Program-made: the position numbers and the translations under genes | Source: Haliotis rufescens | Lineage: Eukaryota | Length of the DNA stretch: 64,000 bases | Direction of reading: 5' to 3' | Assembly (NCBI RefSeq): GCF_023055435.1 | Contig: NW_025963835.1 | Coordinates: 15,314,001 to 15,378,000, forward strand | Part shown: piece after piece, positions 54,001 through 64,000 of the stretch | How the letters are laid out: each line of letters opens with the position of its first letter | Position numbering within the stretch: the first letter of the stretch is position 1 | Notes under the pieces: model-generated | The model's database searches: none | What the model saw: only the letters and a program-made list of their open reading frames with translations | What the model was told of the DNA's origin: nothing

Positions 54001-56059
54001 TTAAAATCTATTTCCTCTTGGGTGGTAGGGTACATTTTACTCAATATTTGCTTTCCTTGATCTTCCCTCAGATACCATGCTTGGACAATCATAAAGTAAT
54101 GTTTTGTTTGTCAGTCTTACATAGCATGTCAGAAGAGTTAGTTATATTGCTCTCAACAACAATCTACATTTTTTAACTGTTGTTCACCGCTGCACTCAGC
54201 AATATTCCAGCTATTGATGGCAGCCTGTAAATAATAGTGAGGTGAAATCGGGTTTAATGTCGCATTCACAATAAATGCATGCATATAGCGACTGCTTGTA
54301 CTAGTATGGACTAATGCCGGTTTTATAGCGCCACAGCTTTAATATGGAAACCCCACTCAGACCATCAGTTCATCAGTCCTTGTTTTAATGCTAGGCAGGG
54401 AAATAACAAGTCCCATCTTTTAACATCTTTTGGTATGACGTGGCCAGGATCCGAACCCCGACCTTCCACTCTCCGGACAGATGCTCTAAACACTCGATGA
54501 GTCTGGACCAGACAAACCAGTGATTTATGAGCAACACCCCACTCTGTCAGGGTTCAGTGACATGTAATCAACCAGTCACCGAGCCACACTACCAGATTTT
54601 GTTTGTTTCTTGTTTAACGCTGCACTCAGCAATATTCCAGCTATATGATGATGCTCTGTAAATAATCCATTCTGGACCAGACAATCCAGTGATTGACATA
54701 ATGAGCATCAATCTAAGCAGTTGGGATAGTTAGTTGCCTCTTACGACAGCATAGTTGCCTTTACCGACAAGCATTGGTTGCTGAAGACCTATTCTACCGA
54801 ATCTTCATCGGTCAGACCCACGTAGTCATCTATTACGACAAGCATACGTTGCTGGAGATTTAGTATGAGTCCTACCTGACATCCTTGCCCACCGTCATGC
54901 TGGCGATGACTTTCTTCACTGCCTCCTTCTTCTTCTCCTTCTTGTCGGAGTTGAGCTCGGCCTTCAGCTCAAATATTTCACCTGTCACACAAGCAATATT
55001 GTAAAACATTAGGGCTGCAACGAATACACTATGAGACGAATACGATTCATATCATGAATATAGGGTAACAAATACGAATATTTATTCACCAATACAATAA
55101 CAAGTCAGCAGTTGATGTATAATTTATTCAATTCTGTGAAAAATAACAACATAAACTATTTGATATGGTTGGATAACTATTAATATATTATACATTTATA
55201 TACTCCATTTATCCAGGTACTAGTATCTGCTCAAATACGACAATGACCGGTGACCACAATACTGTCAAATTATATATATGAGTGTTGTCTTTAAAGAAGT
55301 CTCTGCATATAATATGTTCTTATGGATATTTTTAGGGGCTACAGGGTATGTAGATGCACATGACTGCATATTCGTAAATATTCGATTCTTGTGACCTTGA
55401 ATAACGAATTCAATTCATGAATGGATACGGTTCGATTCACCGAATACGCGAGTGAATCGTAACAGCCCTATAAAATATGTCTTCATATCTATCTTCTTCG
55501 AGGACATATCTGATTTACAGGTGGGTAAAAGGATGTAACGAGTGTCATGAATAAATTAGTATCATATCATACATTTATACACTGCAGGTATCTAGGTACT
55601 AGTATCTGCTCAAATGCGGTTTTAATTGTTCCCCGACCAGTGGATGTGTTTGTATTCCAGTTATCATTCTCAACTCCCTGGGGGTATACAACCCTAGCTG
55701 CCTACAGGCGCTAGAGTGTTTTTACATCCACCTCACATATCGGGTACCCATTCCCTGCTGGGTGAACAGAGGTGCATTTGTACTAACGTACATATGAACG
55801 TATTCGTGTTTCCACTGTACACTAGAGGTAGTGTGAAACTGTAAAGACCTGTAAATATTGTTGGTCTCAAAGCTGAATAACAACCCAGTCACTAGCTGGA
55901 TACAATCTCAGCACCTGGCGCTTGCTTGCCTGGCGCTTTTGACTGCTTGCCCACTTGCTTTTTGAGAAAATCTACAGAATTCTGATAATTTCACACAGAC
56001 AACAGAAAAACATATTTGTTACCTTTTTTGGTGGTGGTGAAATATTTGGAATCAGTCAT
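33075..56059 (-). CDS. AP1B1: AP-1/AP-2 complex beta subunit (beta-1/2 adaptin), 21 coding exons, about 931 aa
   Basis: Starts [37 protein letters not shown]. Exons 56023-56059, 54876-54981, 53358-53493, 51717-51962, 49716-49840, 49121-49189, 48906-48972, 47611-47765, 46715-46855, 45951-46116, 43656-43744, 42917-43019, 42420-42518, 41824-42080, 40306-40537 (clathrin box LLDMD), 38925-39014, 37224-37369, 36101-36230, 35013-35184, 33869-34023 and 33075-33149 sum to 2796 nt with consistent phases. Invertebrates generally have one co-orthologue of AP1B1/AP2B1. Confidence 0.95.
34105..35040 (-). repeat. 35-bp tandem array made of adaptin exon 19 3' end plus its donor site
   Basis: Unit on gene strand ATCAATAATGTGCAGCACAACGCAG|GTAGGTCACT, about 26 copies, decaying away from the exon. 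Confidence 0.95.
37365..38540 (-). repeat. 28-bp tandem array made of the adaptin exon 17 acceptor
   Basis: Unit on gene strand TGATGCCATGTGTTGTGCTACAG|GTGTA, about 41 copies; the last copy supplies the real acceptor at 37370-37371. Confidence 0.95.
39732..40273. mobile_element. Long-TIR MITE (Mutator-like), older copy
   Basis: About 70-bp TIRs C(A/G)TCTTCCCGAGGCAAG...; flanks cacatctg/aacatctg; homologous to 52533-53136. Confidence 0.75.
41434..41900 (-). repeat. 88-bp tandem array made of adaptin exon 14 3' end plus its donor site
   Basis: About 5.3 units, each the last 77 nt of the exon ([26 protein letters not shown]) plus GTAAGTACCAT. Confidence 0.95.
43035..43550 (-). mobile_element. 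Family A SINE with its 3' 120-bp segment triplicated in tandem
   Basis: Three copies of ...ttgaacagtatttccagtt...gtcagcttaatgtggaaggaaagcctgaagtgatgca...tttaccactt at 120-bp spacing. Confidence 0.8.
48050..48260 (-). mobile_element. tRNA-derived SINE (family D)
   Basis: Body CATACC(C)AAAAGAC..TAAAA..GG(T/C)ACTTGTTGT..CCCTGCCTGG..CGGCATTAAGGG recurs at about 40560-40870, 48560-48860, 54240-54490 and 56690-56775. B-box-like GGTTCA(A/G)TCCC. Confidence 0.6.
49290..49620. repeat. About 23-bp tandem array CAGGTATGATTCAATATCTTTAT
   Basis: About 14 units with 21-27-bp variants inside adaptin intron 5. Confidence 0.9.
51083..51253. mobile_element. 171-bp hairpin MITE adjoining a second TIR element (about 50455-51082)
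   Basis: About 60-bp near-perfect inverted arms GGAGATAAACATACTGTG.../...CACAGTATGTTTATCTCC. The neighbouring element has ATTCTACCATGA/TCATGGTAGAAT ends. Confidence 0.75.
52533..53136. mobile_element. Long-TIR MITE with 9-bp TSD (Mutator-like)
   Basis: TIR CATCTTCCCGAGGCAAGAGAG.../...CTCTCTTGCCTCGGGAAGATG; GGAGCAACT at 52524-52532 and 53137-53145. Confidence 0.85.
55010..55470. mobile_element. hAT-like MITE with 8-bp TSD
   Basis: TAGGGCTGCAACGA/TCGTAACAGCCCTA termini; flanks taaaacat/taaaatat. Confidence 0.75.
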
Positions 56060-57358
56060 CTTGGAGGTTTTTCACTGGTATACCTTGAGAGAGAAGAGAG
56101 AATACATATAACTAGACCAGCTTGCAGGATCTGTGTCACATCCACTTACTATTACCCCCTACATACAGATGACAAAGTATGGCTTATTGGTCAAAAGTTT
56201 GGCAGTCCACACTTTTGTTAATTTCTTTTTATGCCACATTGAACAATACTTTGATCAGCTATAACATGATGTGGAACAGTTCAATGTCAGAGGAAAGCCT
56301 AAGTTGGCACAGATCTGTCAATGTCATAGATATTCACTAAGGAGAAACCCAAGGATCAGGATGAATCTTGGAATGAAACCAACAAACAGCAGAGCCTGGC
56401 ACTGTTAAGGGAAGTAACTGTACAGAGAATAACTGTCTTAAATACCTTGACCACAAATGCTCACTCCCATTGTTTTCTTGACTGTTGTTCTTGTAATGCA
56501 GTATTGATTGAGTCAGTGAGTATGCTTTTACGCCGCTTTTAGCAATATTCCAGTAATGTCATGGCGGGGGACACCAAAAATGGGCTTCAAGACATTGTAC
56601 ACATGAGGGGACTTGAACCTGGGTCTTCGGAGTGACGAGCGAACGCTTTAACCACTAGGCTACCCCACCACCCTTGCAGTTTTGAGAGATGCAGTATACT
56701 GACTCTGAGCCGACCAGTCCTTGTTTTAGACCCTTAATGCCGAGCGCCAGACAGGGTAACAACAAGTACCATCTGCACTCAGCAATATTCCAGCGGTCTG
56801 TAAATAATCGAGTCTAGACCAGACAATCCAATGATTGACATCATGAGCATTGATCCATGCAATTAGGATACAATGACATGCATCAACCAAGTCAGCAAGT
56901 ATGACCACCCGATCCCGTTAGTTGTCTCTTATGACAAGCATAGTCGCCTTTTACGGCAAGCATGGTTTGCGGAAGACCTATTCTACCCCGGATCTTCACG
57001 GGACATCTGGATTGGAATTGTCATACTGTTGAATTAGATGCATTCCAGCATAAACAAAACATGCAGCTCTTTACTATTCCGCGATGCACAGCATTATCCA
57101 GCATGCACTCTTTATCAGACAAACAGAAACAACAATTTGTTTAAATTTTGGGTTGAGAAATATCGACTCATCCGCCAATTAGGGTACTTTCTGTATTCTG
57201 ATGTTGGCTAGAGTCCATTACTGTATGTACAGAAATGTACCAGGGGTACACATGTGTAGTACCTGTGCCGACAATGACCCCTGCAGCCAAGATAAGTTTG
57301 AACATATGTTCATACTGTCTTGTATTATGAAAAACAACAAAAGGACTTCTTGATAATT

Positions 57359-59002
57359 GACCTGGAGCCAAATACAAGCTCTGAGACAGGGATGTATATA
57401 TACCTGGAGCCAAATGCAAGCTCTGAGACAGGGATGTATATATAGCTGGAGCCAAATACAAGCTCTGAGACAGGGATGTATATATACCTGGAGCCAAATA
57501 CAAGCTCTGAGACAGGGATGTATATATACCTGGAGCCAAATGCAAGCTCTGAGACAGGGATGTATATATACCTGGAGCCAAATACAAGCTCTGAGACAGG
57601 GATGTATATATAGCTGGAGCCAAATACAAGCTCTGAGACAGGCCCCGTCAGGGATGTATATATACCTGGAGCCAAATACAAGCTCTGAGACAGGCCCCGT
57701 CAGGGATGTATATATACCTGGAGCCAAATGCAAGCTCTGAGACAGGGATGTATATATACCTGGAGCCAAATGCAAGCTCTGAGACAGGGATGTATATATA
57801 GCTGGAGCCAAATACAAGCTCTGAGACAGGCCCCGTCAGGGATGTATATATACCTGGAGCCAAATACAAGCTCTGAGACAGGGATGTATATATAGCTGGA
57901 GCCAAATACAAGCTCTGAGACAGGGATGTATATATAGCTGGAGCCAAATACAAGCTCTGAGACAGGCCCCGTCAGGGATGTATATATACCTGGAGCCAAA
58001 TACAAGCTCTGAGACAGGCCCCGTCAGGGATGTATATATAGCTGGAGCCAAATACAAGCTCTGAGACAGGCCCCGTCAGGGATGTATATATACCTGGAGC
58101 CAAATACAAGCTCTGAGACAGGCCCCGTCAGGGATGTATATATAGCTGGAGCCAAATACAAGCTCTGAGACAGGCCCCGTCAGGGATGTATATATACCTG
58201 GAGCCAAATACAAGCTCTGAGACAGGGATGTATATATAGCTGGAGCCAAATACAAGCTCTGAGACAGGCCCCGTCAGGGATGTATATATACCTGGAGCCA
58301 AATACAAGCTCTGAGACAGGCCCCGTCAGGGATGTATATATACCTGGAGCCAAATACAAGCTCTGAGACAGGGATGTATATATAGCTGGAGCCAAATACA
58401 AGCTCTGAGACAGGCCCCGTCAGGGATGTATATATACCTGGAGCCAAATACAAGCTCTGAGACAGGGATGTATATATACCTGGAGCCAAATACAAGCTCT
58501 GAGACAGGCCCCGTCAGGGATGTATATATACCTGGAGCCAAATACAAGCTCTGAGACAGGGATGTATATATATACCTGGAGCCAAATACAAGCTCTGAGA
58601 CAGGGATGTATATATATACCTGGAGCCAAATACAAGCTCTGAGACAGGGATGTATATATATACCTGGAGCCAAATACAAGCTCTGAGACAGGGATGTATA
58701 TATATACCTGGAGCCAAATACAAGCTCTGAGACAGGGATGTATATATATACCTGGAGCCAAATACAAGCTCTGAGACAGGGATGTATATATATACCTGGA
58801 GCCAAATACAAGCTCTGAGACAAGGATGTATATATACCTGAAGCCAAATACAAGCTCTGAGACAGGGATGTATATATATACCTGGAGCCAAATACAAGCT
58901 CTGAGACAGGGATGTATATATATACCTGGAGCCAAATACAAGCTCTGAGACAAGGATGTATATATACCTGAAGCCAAATACAAGCTCTGAGACAGGGATG
59001 TA
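57359..59002. repeat. 42/44/52-bp minisatellite abutting the pogo left TIR
   Basis: Unit TACCTGGAGCCAAATACAAGCTCTGAGACAGG[CCCCGTCAGG]GATGTATATA; about 36 units. Confidence 0.95.
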
Positions 59003-61705
59003 TCCTTCCGTAACATAAGTTCGATCATAACATAAGTTCGATCAGCCATTTTCATCACTTACTCTCGCGTTGTTGTACGAGATTTTGCGGTACCTGGAGC
59101 TTTCATCGAGAGGGGCAGCCTTTCGCTTCGACTGGACTAAATATGCTTCGTGTGAAAATGCACAACGTAAGTTTAATCCAAATTATTATAAAAAAATGTA
59201 CTTTTAACCAAGGATTCCTTAACTCACTTTTTCCACAAACAAAACATCTTAATATTAAAGAAATGAGCCATCGTAAATGTCAGAGAAAACGTCGTCTGCT
59301 TTGTTTACTATCTGGTCAATGGAAGTCACATGACACAATAGGTCACGCCCTCGCCAGATTAAAAATATATGGAAGCTTCACTGGGCCATATCTTATTTCG
59401 ATTTCCACGTAATTTAAAGCTTTTTGGTCGACGTGAACTTTTTATATTAGGGGTTTTAAAGTGTATGCAAGTTATTTCAAAGAATGAATTTAATATTTTA
59501 GGCCATCTTCGATGGAGAACCAACAGGGAGGGGCCAGTACCGTCAATATATGTCAAACGCACTAGACAAGGCATATGAAGCTGTTATTGATGGGATGGCT
59601 ATAAGGAGAGCTTCTGAGAAATTTTGTGTACCGTTTTCAACTTTACATGATCGGATTAGCGGGAAAGTGTCAGTTGACTGTGTCACAACTGGAAGGGAGC
59701 CTCTTCTTTCACTTGAGGAAGAAAAGTTATTAGTTGACCACATCGACGTCATGGCTAACTTTGGATATGGTTACTCCAGGGCAGAGGTTACCGCTATTGC
59801 CACTGATCTTGCGATCCATCTTGGAAAAAGAAGTAAAGATGATCCACCTCTTTCTATGCAGTGGTTTTACGGTTTTGTTAAGAGATGGCCTGATCTTCGT
59901 GTTAAGAAGCCCCGATCTTTAGATCTTCAAAGAGCCAAGGCAACATCCGAGGAAACCATTACCCATTACTTTGATGAACTCGGCAGCATTTTGAAGAAAT
60001 ATAGGTTGGAGGACAGTCCACAGAGAATCTATAATGTAGATGAAAAGGGACTTGTAGAAAATCACGTTCCACCTTCCATAGTTTCAAGTCAACAAGTGCC
60101 AACAGCTGTTGTAGCACCGAGGTCAAGCACGACAACTGTCATCGGATGTGGTAATGCGTCAGGAAATGCTATTCCCCCGTTTTTCGTCTTTAAGGGACAA
60201 AGAATGCGAGAGGAGCTTTTGTCAGGTTGTACACCAGGATCGACTGGAACTGTTACGGAGACTGGATGGTCAAACACGGAAGTTTTCCAGCATTATCTAC
60301 AATCTCATTTCAAGAAACACGCTGTCGCCGCTTCTGAAGAGTTTCCGTTGTTGGTCTTGTACGACGGTCACAAGTCCCATATTTCCATTCCACTTATTAC
60401 CTGGGCGCGTGAAAATAATATTGTTCTATTTGTGCTTCCAGCTCATACTTCACATGTTTTACAGCCGATGGATGTTGGTTGTTTTGGACCCTTTTCTAAG
60501 GTTTACAACAACCTTCGTCACAAGTCCATGCGTGAGAATGCTTCATCATCAATTGACAAACACTCGATTTGTGAATTAGCATGCAAGGCCTATAATCTCT
60601 CACTCACTACTTCTAATCTACAGTCTTCTTTCCGAAAATGTGGAATCTATCCATTCGACAAGTCAACTACTACCAAAATCAACTTTGCCCCGTCTACAGT
60701 CTTTAAACAAGCTTCAAAGTCGAATGGCGAAAACGATGACGGCGATCAAACTAGTTCCTTGACAGATGTTACAACTTTCTTTCAAGACAAAGAAGATGTT
60801 TTAAGCAAGAAGGCAGTGCCTACCAAGAAAAGAAACGTTCTCAGTGCCGTTGTTGGTGGTAAGCCGATAACAGAGTCTTCAATTCTGGATAAAATAGTTT
60901 CACATCAGGCTAAGACATATGTGCCAAAGAGGAAATCTCAACCACCTAAAACCTCCAAACCAATTTCGAAGAAGAAGAAATGCACCCAGGCATCGCCCCG
61001 ACCGTCAACAAGCAAAGCGGCAAATAATTCTCCTGTATCTATCAACGATAGCGATCTTTTGGATTGGTCTTCTGACAGCGACAGAGAGGCAGATAATGAA
61101 GTGTGTTGTGTTTGCAGCAAACGTGAGCCACAGGCAATTGGCAACTGTTATTCAGAACTTTACACTAGCTGGGCTCAATGCACTCATCCAACCTGTCAGC
61201 ATTGGGTACACCTTCGTTATTGCACTTCAGTGCGTGTAGTCAGAAGAAACTCAGAATTCTGGTGCCCTTGTCATAACGAAAAAGAAGAATAATATCCAGA
61301 CTGTATCTTGTGTAAATATGTTAATTTTCATGTTTTCTTCAAATTTTAACATTTGTGTGGGATTTTCTCTAAACATTACAAGAAAAACGATAAATCCGAC
61401 AACGTGGCATTGTGTGATGTACTGTGACACGGATAGGACTCCATACATTCCACTGTATGCGGGAGAGCGAGCCAACCAATCAGGTGACCGAACTTATGTG
61501 ACGTTGTTTCTAGGTCATGTTTGTTTACTTCAAACATGGCGGGCGAAGTAGCGATCGATCTGACAGTGGATTTCACTGGAACTTTGCCAATATGGACGCT
61601 AATAAACAGTAATTAAGGTGAGCTTTCGTTTTCTTTATGTTTGCTTTGTTTCCCGCTAGTACGGCGCGGGATTGCTTATGTGATCGAACTTATGTTACGC
61701 AAGGA
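59003..61705 (+). mobile_element. Full-length pogo-superfamily (DD35D) DNA transposon with TIRs and TA TSD
   Basis: TA|TCCTTCCGTAACATAAGTTCGATCA ... TGATCGAACTTATGTTACGCAAGGA|TA (25 bp, 1 mismatch). Confidence 0.92.
59550..61292 (+). CDS. pogo/Fot-like transposase: HTH-psq, CENP-B HTH, DDE_1 (DD35D) and C-terminal PHD-like finger
   Basis: Uninterrupted 580 aa. IRRASEKFCVPFSTLHDRISG; WFYGFVKRWP; NVDE, YDGHKSH and QPMD with 35 residues between the 2nd and 3rd Asp; CCVC...WAQCTHPTCQHWVHLRYC...FWCPC. Confidence 0.92.
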   Translation: MSNALDKAYEAVIDGMAIRRASEKFCVPFSTLHDRISGKVSVDCVTTGREPLLSLEEEKLLVDHIDVMANFGYGYSRAEVTAIATDLAIHLGKRSKDDPPLSMQWFYGFVKRWPDLRVKKPRSLDLQRAKATSEETITHYFDELGSILKKYRLEDSPQRIYNVDEKGLVENHVPPSIVSSQQVPTAVVAPRSSTTTVIGCGNASGNAIPPFFVFKGQRMREELLSGCTPGSTGTVTETGWSNTEVFQHYLQSHFKKHAVAASEEFPLLVLYDGHKSHISIPLITWARENNIVLFVLPAHTSHVLQPMDVGCFGPFSKVYNNLRHKSMRENASSSIDKHSICELACKAYNLSLTTSNLQSSFRKCGIYPFDKSTTTKINFAPSTVFKQASKSNGENDDGDQTSSLTDVTTFFQDKEDVLSKKAVPTKKRNVLSAVVGGKPITESSILDKIVSHQAKTYVPKRKSQPPKTSKPISKKKKCTQASPRPSTSKAANNSPVSINDSDLLDWSSDSDREADNEVCCVCSKREPQAIGNCYSELYTSWAQCTHPTCQHWVHLRYCTSVRVVRRNSEFWCPCHNEKEE

Positions 61706-62189
61706 TATATATATATGGATACATATGAAGATCAAGGGTAGTACTGGTCTTCCATTTCAATTAAATGCATAAGTTTCTCACTCACATGTGTGCTAATATG
61801 GACCACTTGGCTTTAGTTAACAAAAGCTTAGTGAGCACAGGCTGTTTAAGCACATTGGAATGTTAGATTGCATATAACTATGCTAACATGGTTAACAATA
61901 CATGCAATATGAAGTTTATGTTTGGAGTTTTCATTTAACAAGCATGTTGTTCATTTATAAATGTACACATAATAATGATATGCAACCGTCATGGCCATAG
62001 AGCCTAAAATAATGTTATTATTAAGATACACAGAACATCAGTGATTGCAGTGTGAAGGAGAATTAAACTGTCCAATTGGGGGTGTGTCTGACTGATTGTG
62101 GGTGACAAAACTGAAACAATAAAGGAATTAACTAAACTGAAATGGATCGAAGCCAATACAATAATAACACATGCATCATCGTGAAGATT

Positions 62190-62844
62190 TACATACCCCA
62201 GAAACGACTCTCAACTCTGTGGGTTATACGCTCACACTTACAAATGTACTGACTAAATGTTAATTATACAGGACACCGTCATCAAACCGGAAGTGGACTC
62301 ATAACTTAACCGGTTCCGCAATCAGTAAGTCCGCAACGAATAAATAAAAATGGATTGAAATCGTGATAAAATTGGTAACTCAAGGTTGCATAACATTCAT
62401 AAAAATATTCTCAAGTCCCTAGAATATAAAATATGTGAAAGGATTCGACGGATTTGAAAACCTACCTCCTGTTAAATTTACAGCAAAGCGCTTGCGCGTT
62501 GACCTTCACTTTCTGCCGACCTTTGACCTAACAGGTGCTCGGAAAACGGAAACGATCAGGCTTTGAGCTTGTTTATTTTGATTGTGTGTATATTTCCAAG
62601 TATTCATTTGGAAATTTACTTGCCAAGTTCTGCAATGTGTAGCTACACAGTCAATGAGTAGATAAAGACTTTGAAGAGATCGTGACAATCTTCATTTTAC
62701 GTTAAGGAGTGTGTGAATGCAGAGACCATATAATCTATTATATGGTCTCTGGTGAATGGCAGAAAAATAAACACGAACATGTCGGTATACTAGTACTAGT
62801 ACTGCTAGTACACGCAAATACGCGGTGTCCAACGACCATTCGAC
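62190..62844. promoter_or_regulatory. Putative bidirectional promoter for beta-adaptin and PEX12, with adaptin non-coding first exon(s)
   Basis: CpG-enriched; CCGGAAGT at about 62287. Minus-strand donors GAG|GTAGGT at 62465 and GGG|GTATGT at 62196 could splice to the acceptor at 56084-56085. Confidence 0.55.
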
Positions 62845-63885
62845 ATGGCTGAACATGGCGCGCACATCACGTCAGCTAGTGTGACTGATCGACCAACGAT
62901 ATTTGAAGTTCTTGCTCAGGAGAGTCTGATGGTGACCGTGAGACCTGCACTGAAACACGCAGTTAGGGTTGGTAACAATTAATATCAGCTGATCATGGAT
63001 GCCGTCAACTTGTCAACTCTTAAACATAGACACTAGAACATATAACCATTTAGCTAACCCGTTCATAGATTCCTAGCATGTTGGTACTTAAAAAAACAAA
63101 ACTAATAGAGTGCATAGAGAAGTGCTTAGAGAGAGCTAAGAGAAAGTAAAGATGGAATTAATGTATTGTAAAACATTGAAAACTAATACAAAAACTGAAT
63201 GAACCCCGACAAGTAGGGCTGGGACGGGTCCAAATTTACTACCCGGGTACCCACCCCCCTATTACCCGACACTACCTGTATACCTGCTGTAGGTCTCAAG
63301 AGGTAGGTACAAACTGTCCGATTGGGAAAAGCTCTGGTAAAATATGTTTATAGATACATGTATGAAACTATCTGGTGTATTCACTGAAGTTGCCTGAAGT
63401 TTTATTTTTATTCAAACATATAAAAGTCAGAAGGAATGGGCGTAGTAGTCAGGAAGAACTGCGAACACAAGTGACTTGTAGCTTAAACATAGAGTTTTAA
63501 ATACTTTTTGTCATTAAACAATATATCACGTGACTAACCATGGGTCTGGGTAGTCCTGTGGGTACCAGGGTCCTACTCAGTTTGACCCGAGTTACCCGTA
63601 CCAGCCCTACTAATATGTATACCATGACCCAAGACACAGGCTATAGGACTAAGAGACCAACCAGTCTCATTTCTAAGACCTTTGAGATCTACATGCAACG
63701 CTAACTTTTAATATCGATGATGCTTTCATCATATGTACATGTACAATTTTAATACATCTTTGTCATTAAATTCTAGGTGGTTGCTGAAAATCGTCCTGCA
63801 TTGTTTGGTTGGCTCCTGAGAAATTATGACGAAGGTTTCGCTTTCTTAGACTTCATTGTTCAGCATTACCACCTCCGGAAATACA
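62845..63885 (+). CDS. PEX12: Peroxin 12, first two coding exons (gene continues beyond the window)
   Basis: Exon 62845-62967 [41 protein letters not shown] and exon 63777-63885 [36 protein letters not shown] match the PEX12 N-terminus. Missed by the ORF track. Confidence 0.9.
63214..63609. mobile_element. hAT-like MITE in PEX12 intron 1
   Basis: TAGGGCTGGGACGGG / CCCGTACCAGCCCTA termini and TACCCG subterminal repeats; no clear TSD. Confidence 0.55.
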
Positions 63886-64000
63886 GTAAGTTTTGGCTTA
63901 AACTGTCTGTTACCATTGCTTCCTCAGCTGCCATGGACAATGTTGAAATGCCATATTTCCATGGGTTTTGCGGTAGATCAATCTCATTAAAATCAGATCT

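Noticed and set aside
57168-59058. ORFs with (LYLAPGIYTSLSQS)n repeats
   Set aside because: Translations of the 42-bp minisatellite with frequent frameshifts.

Overview
Intron-rich animal genomic DNA. The tRNA-derived SINE families with (ACTC)n/(AAAC)n tails suggest a gastropod mollusc, probably abalone (inference). Gene order: (+) single-exon C2H2 zinc-finger ORF; (-) uncharacterised multi-exon zinc-finger/coiled-coil gene; (+) intronless ADAT2; (+) 8-exon type II NADH dehydrogenase (NDH-2, about 446 aa); (-) beta-1/2 adaptin with 21 coding exons (about 931 aa) and an intact PHD-bearing DD35D pogo transposon in its 5'-UTR intron; (+) first two exons of PEX12, head-to-head with the adaptin. 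The introns are packed with SINEs, MITEs and minisatellites. Most notable: (1) four independent tandem arrays are built from the splice junctions they abut, giving arrays of decoy donors and acceptors, and three further arrays carry CAG|GT; (2) ADAT2 appears nested in intron 1 of NDH-2 and may share its non-coding leader exon; (3) a miniature LTR element has a tRNA-like Pol III promoter inside its LTR, a tRNA-Lys PBS and a PPT; (4) the beta-adaptin/PEX12 divergent pair mirrors human AP2B1/PEX12. Exon coordinates were read by eye and checked for frame continuity; no database searches were run.
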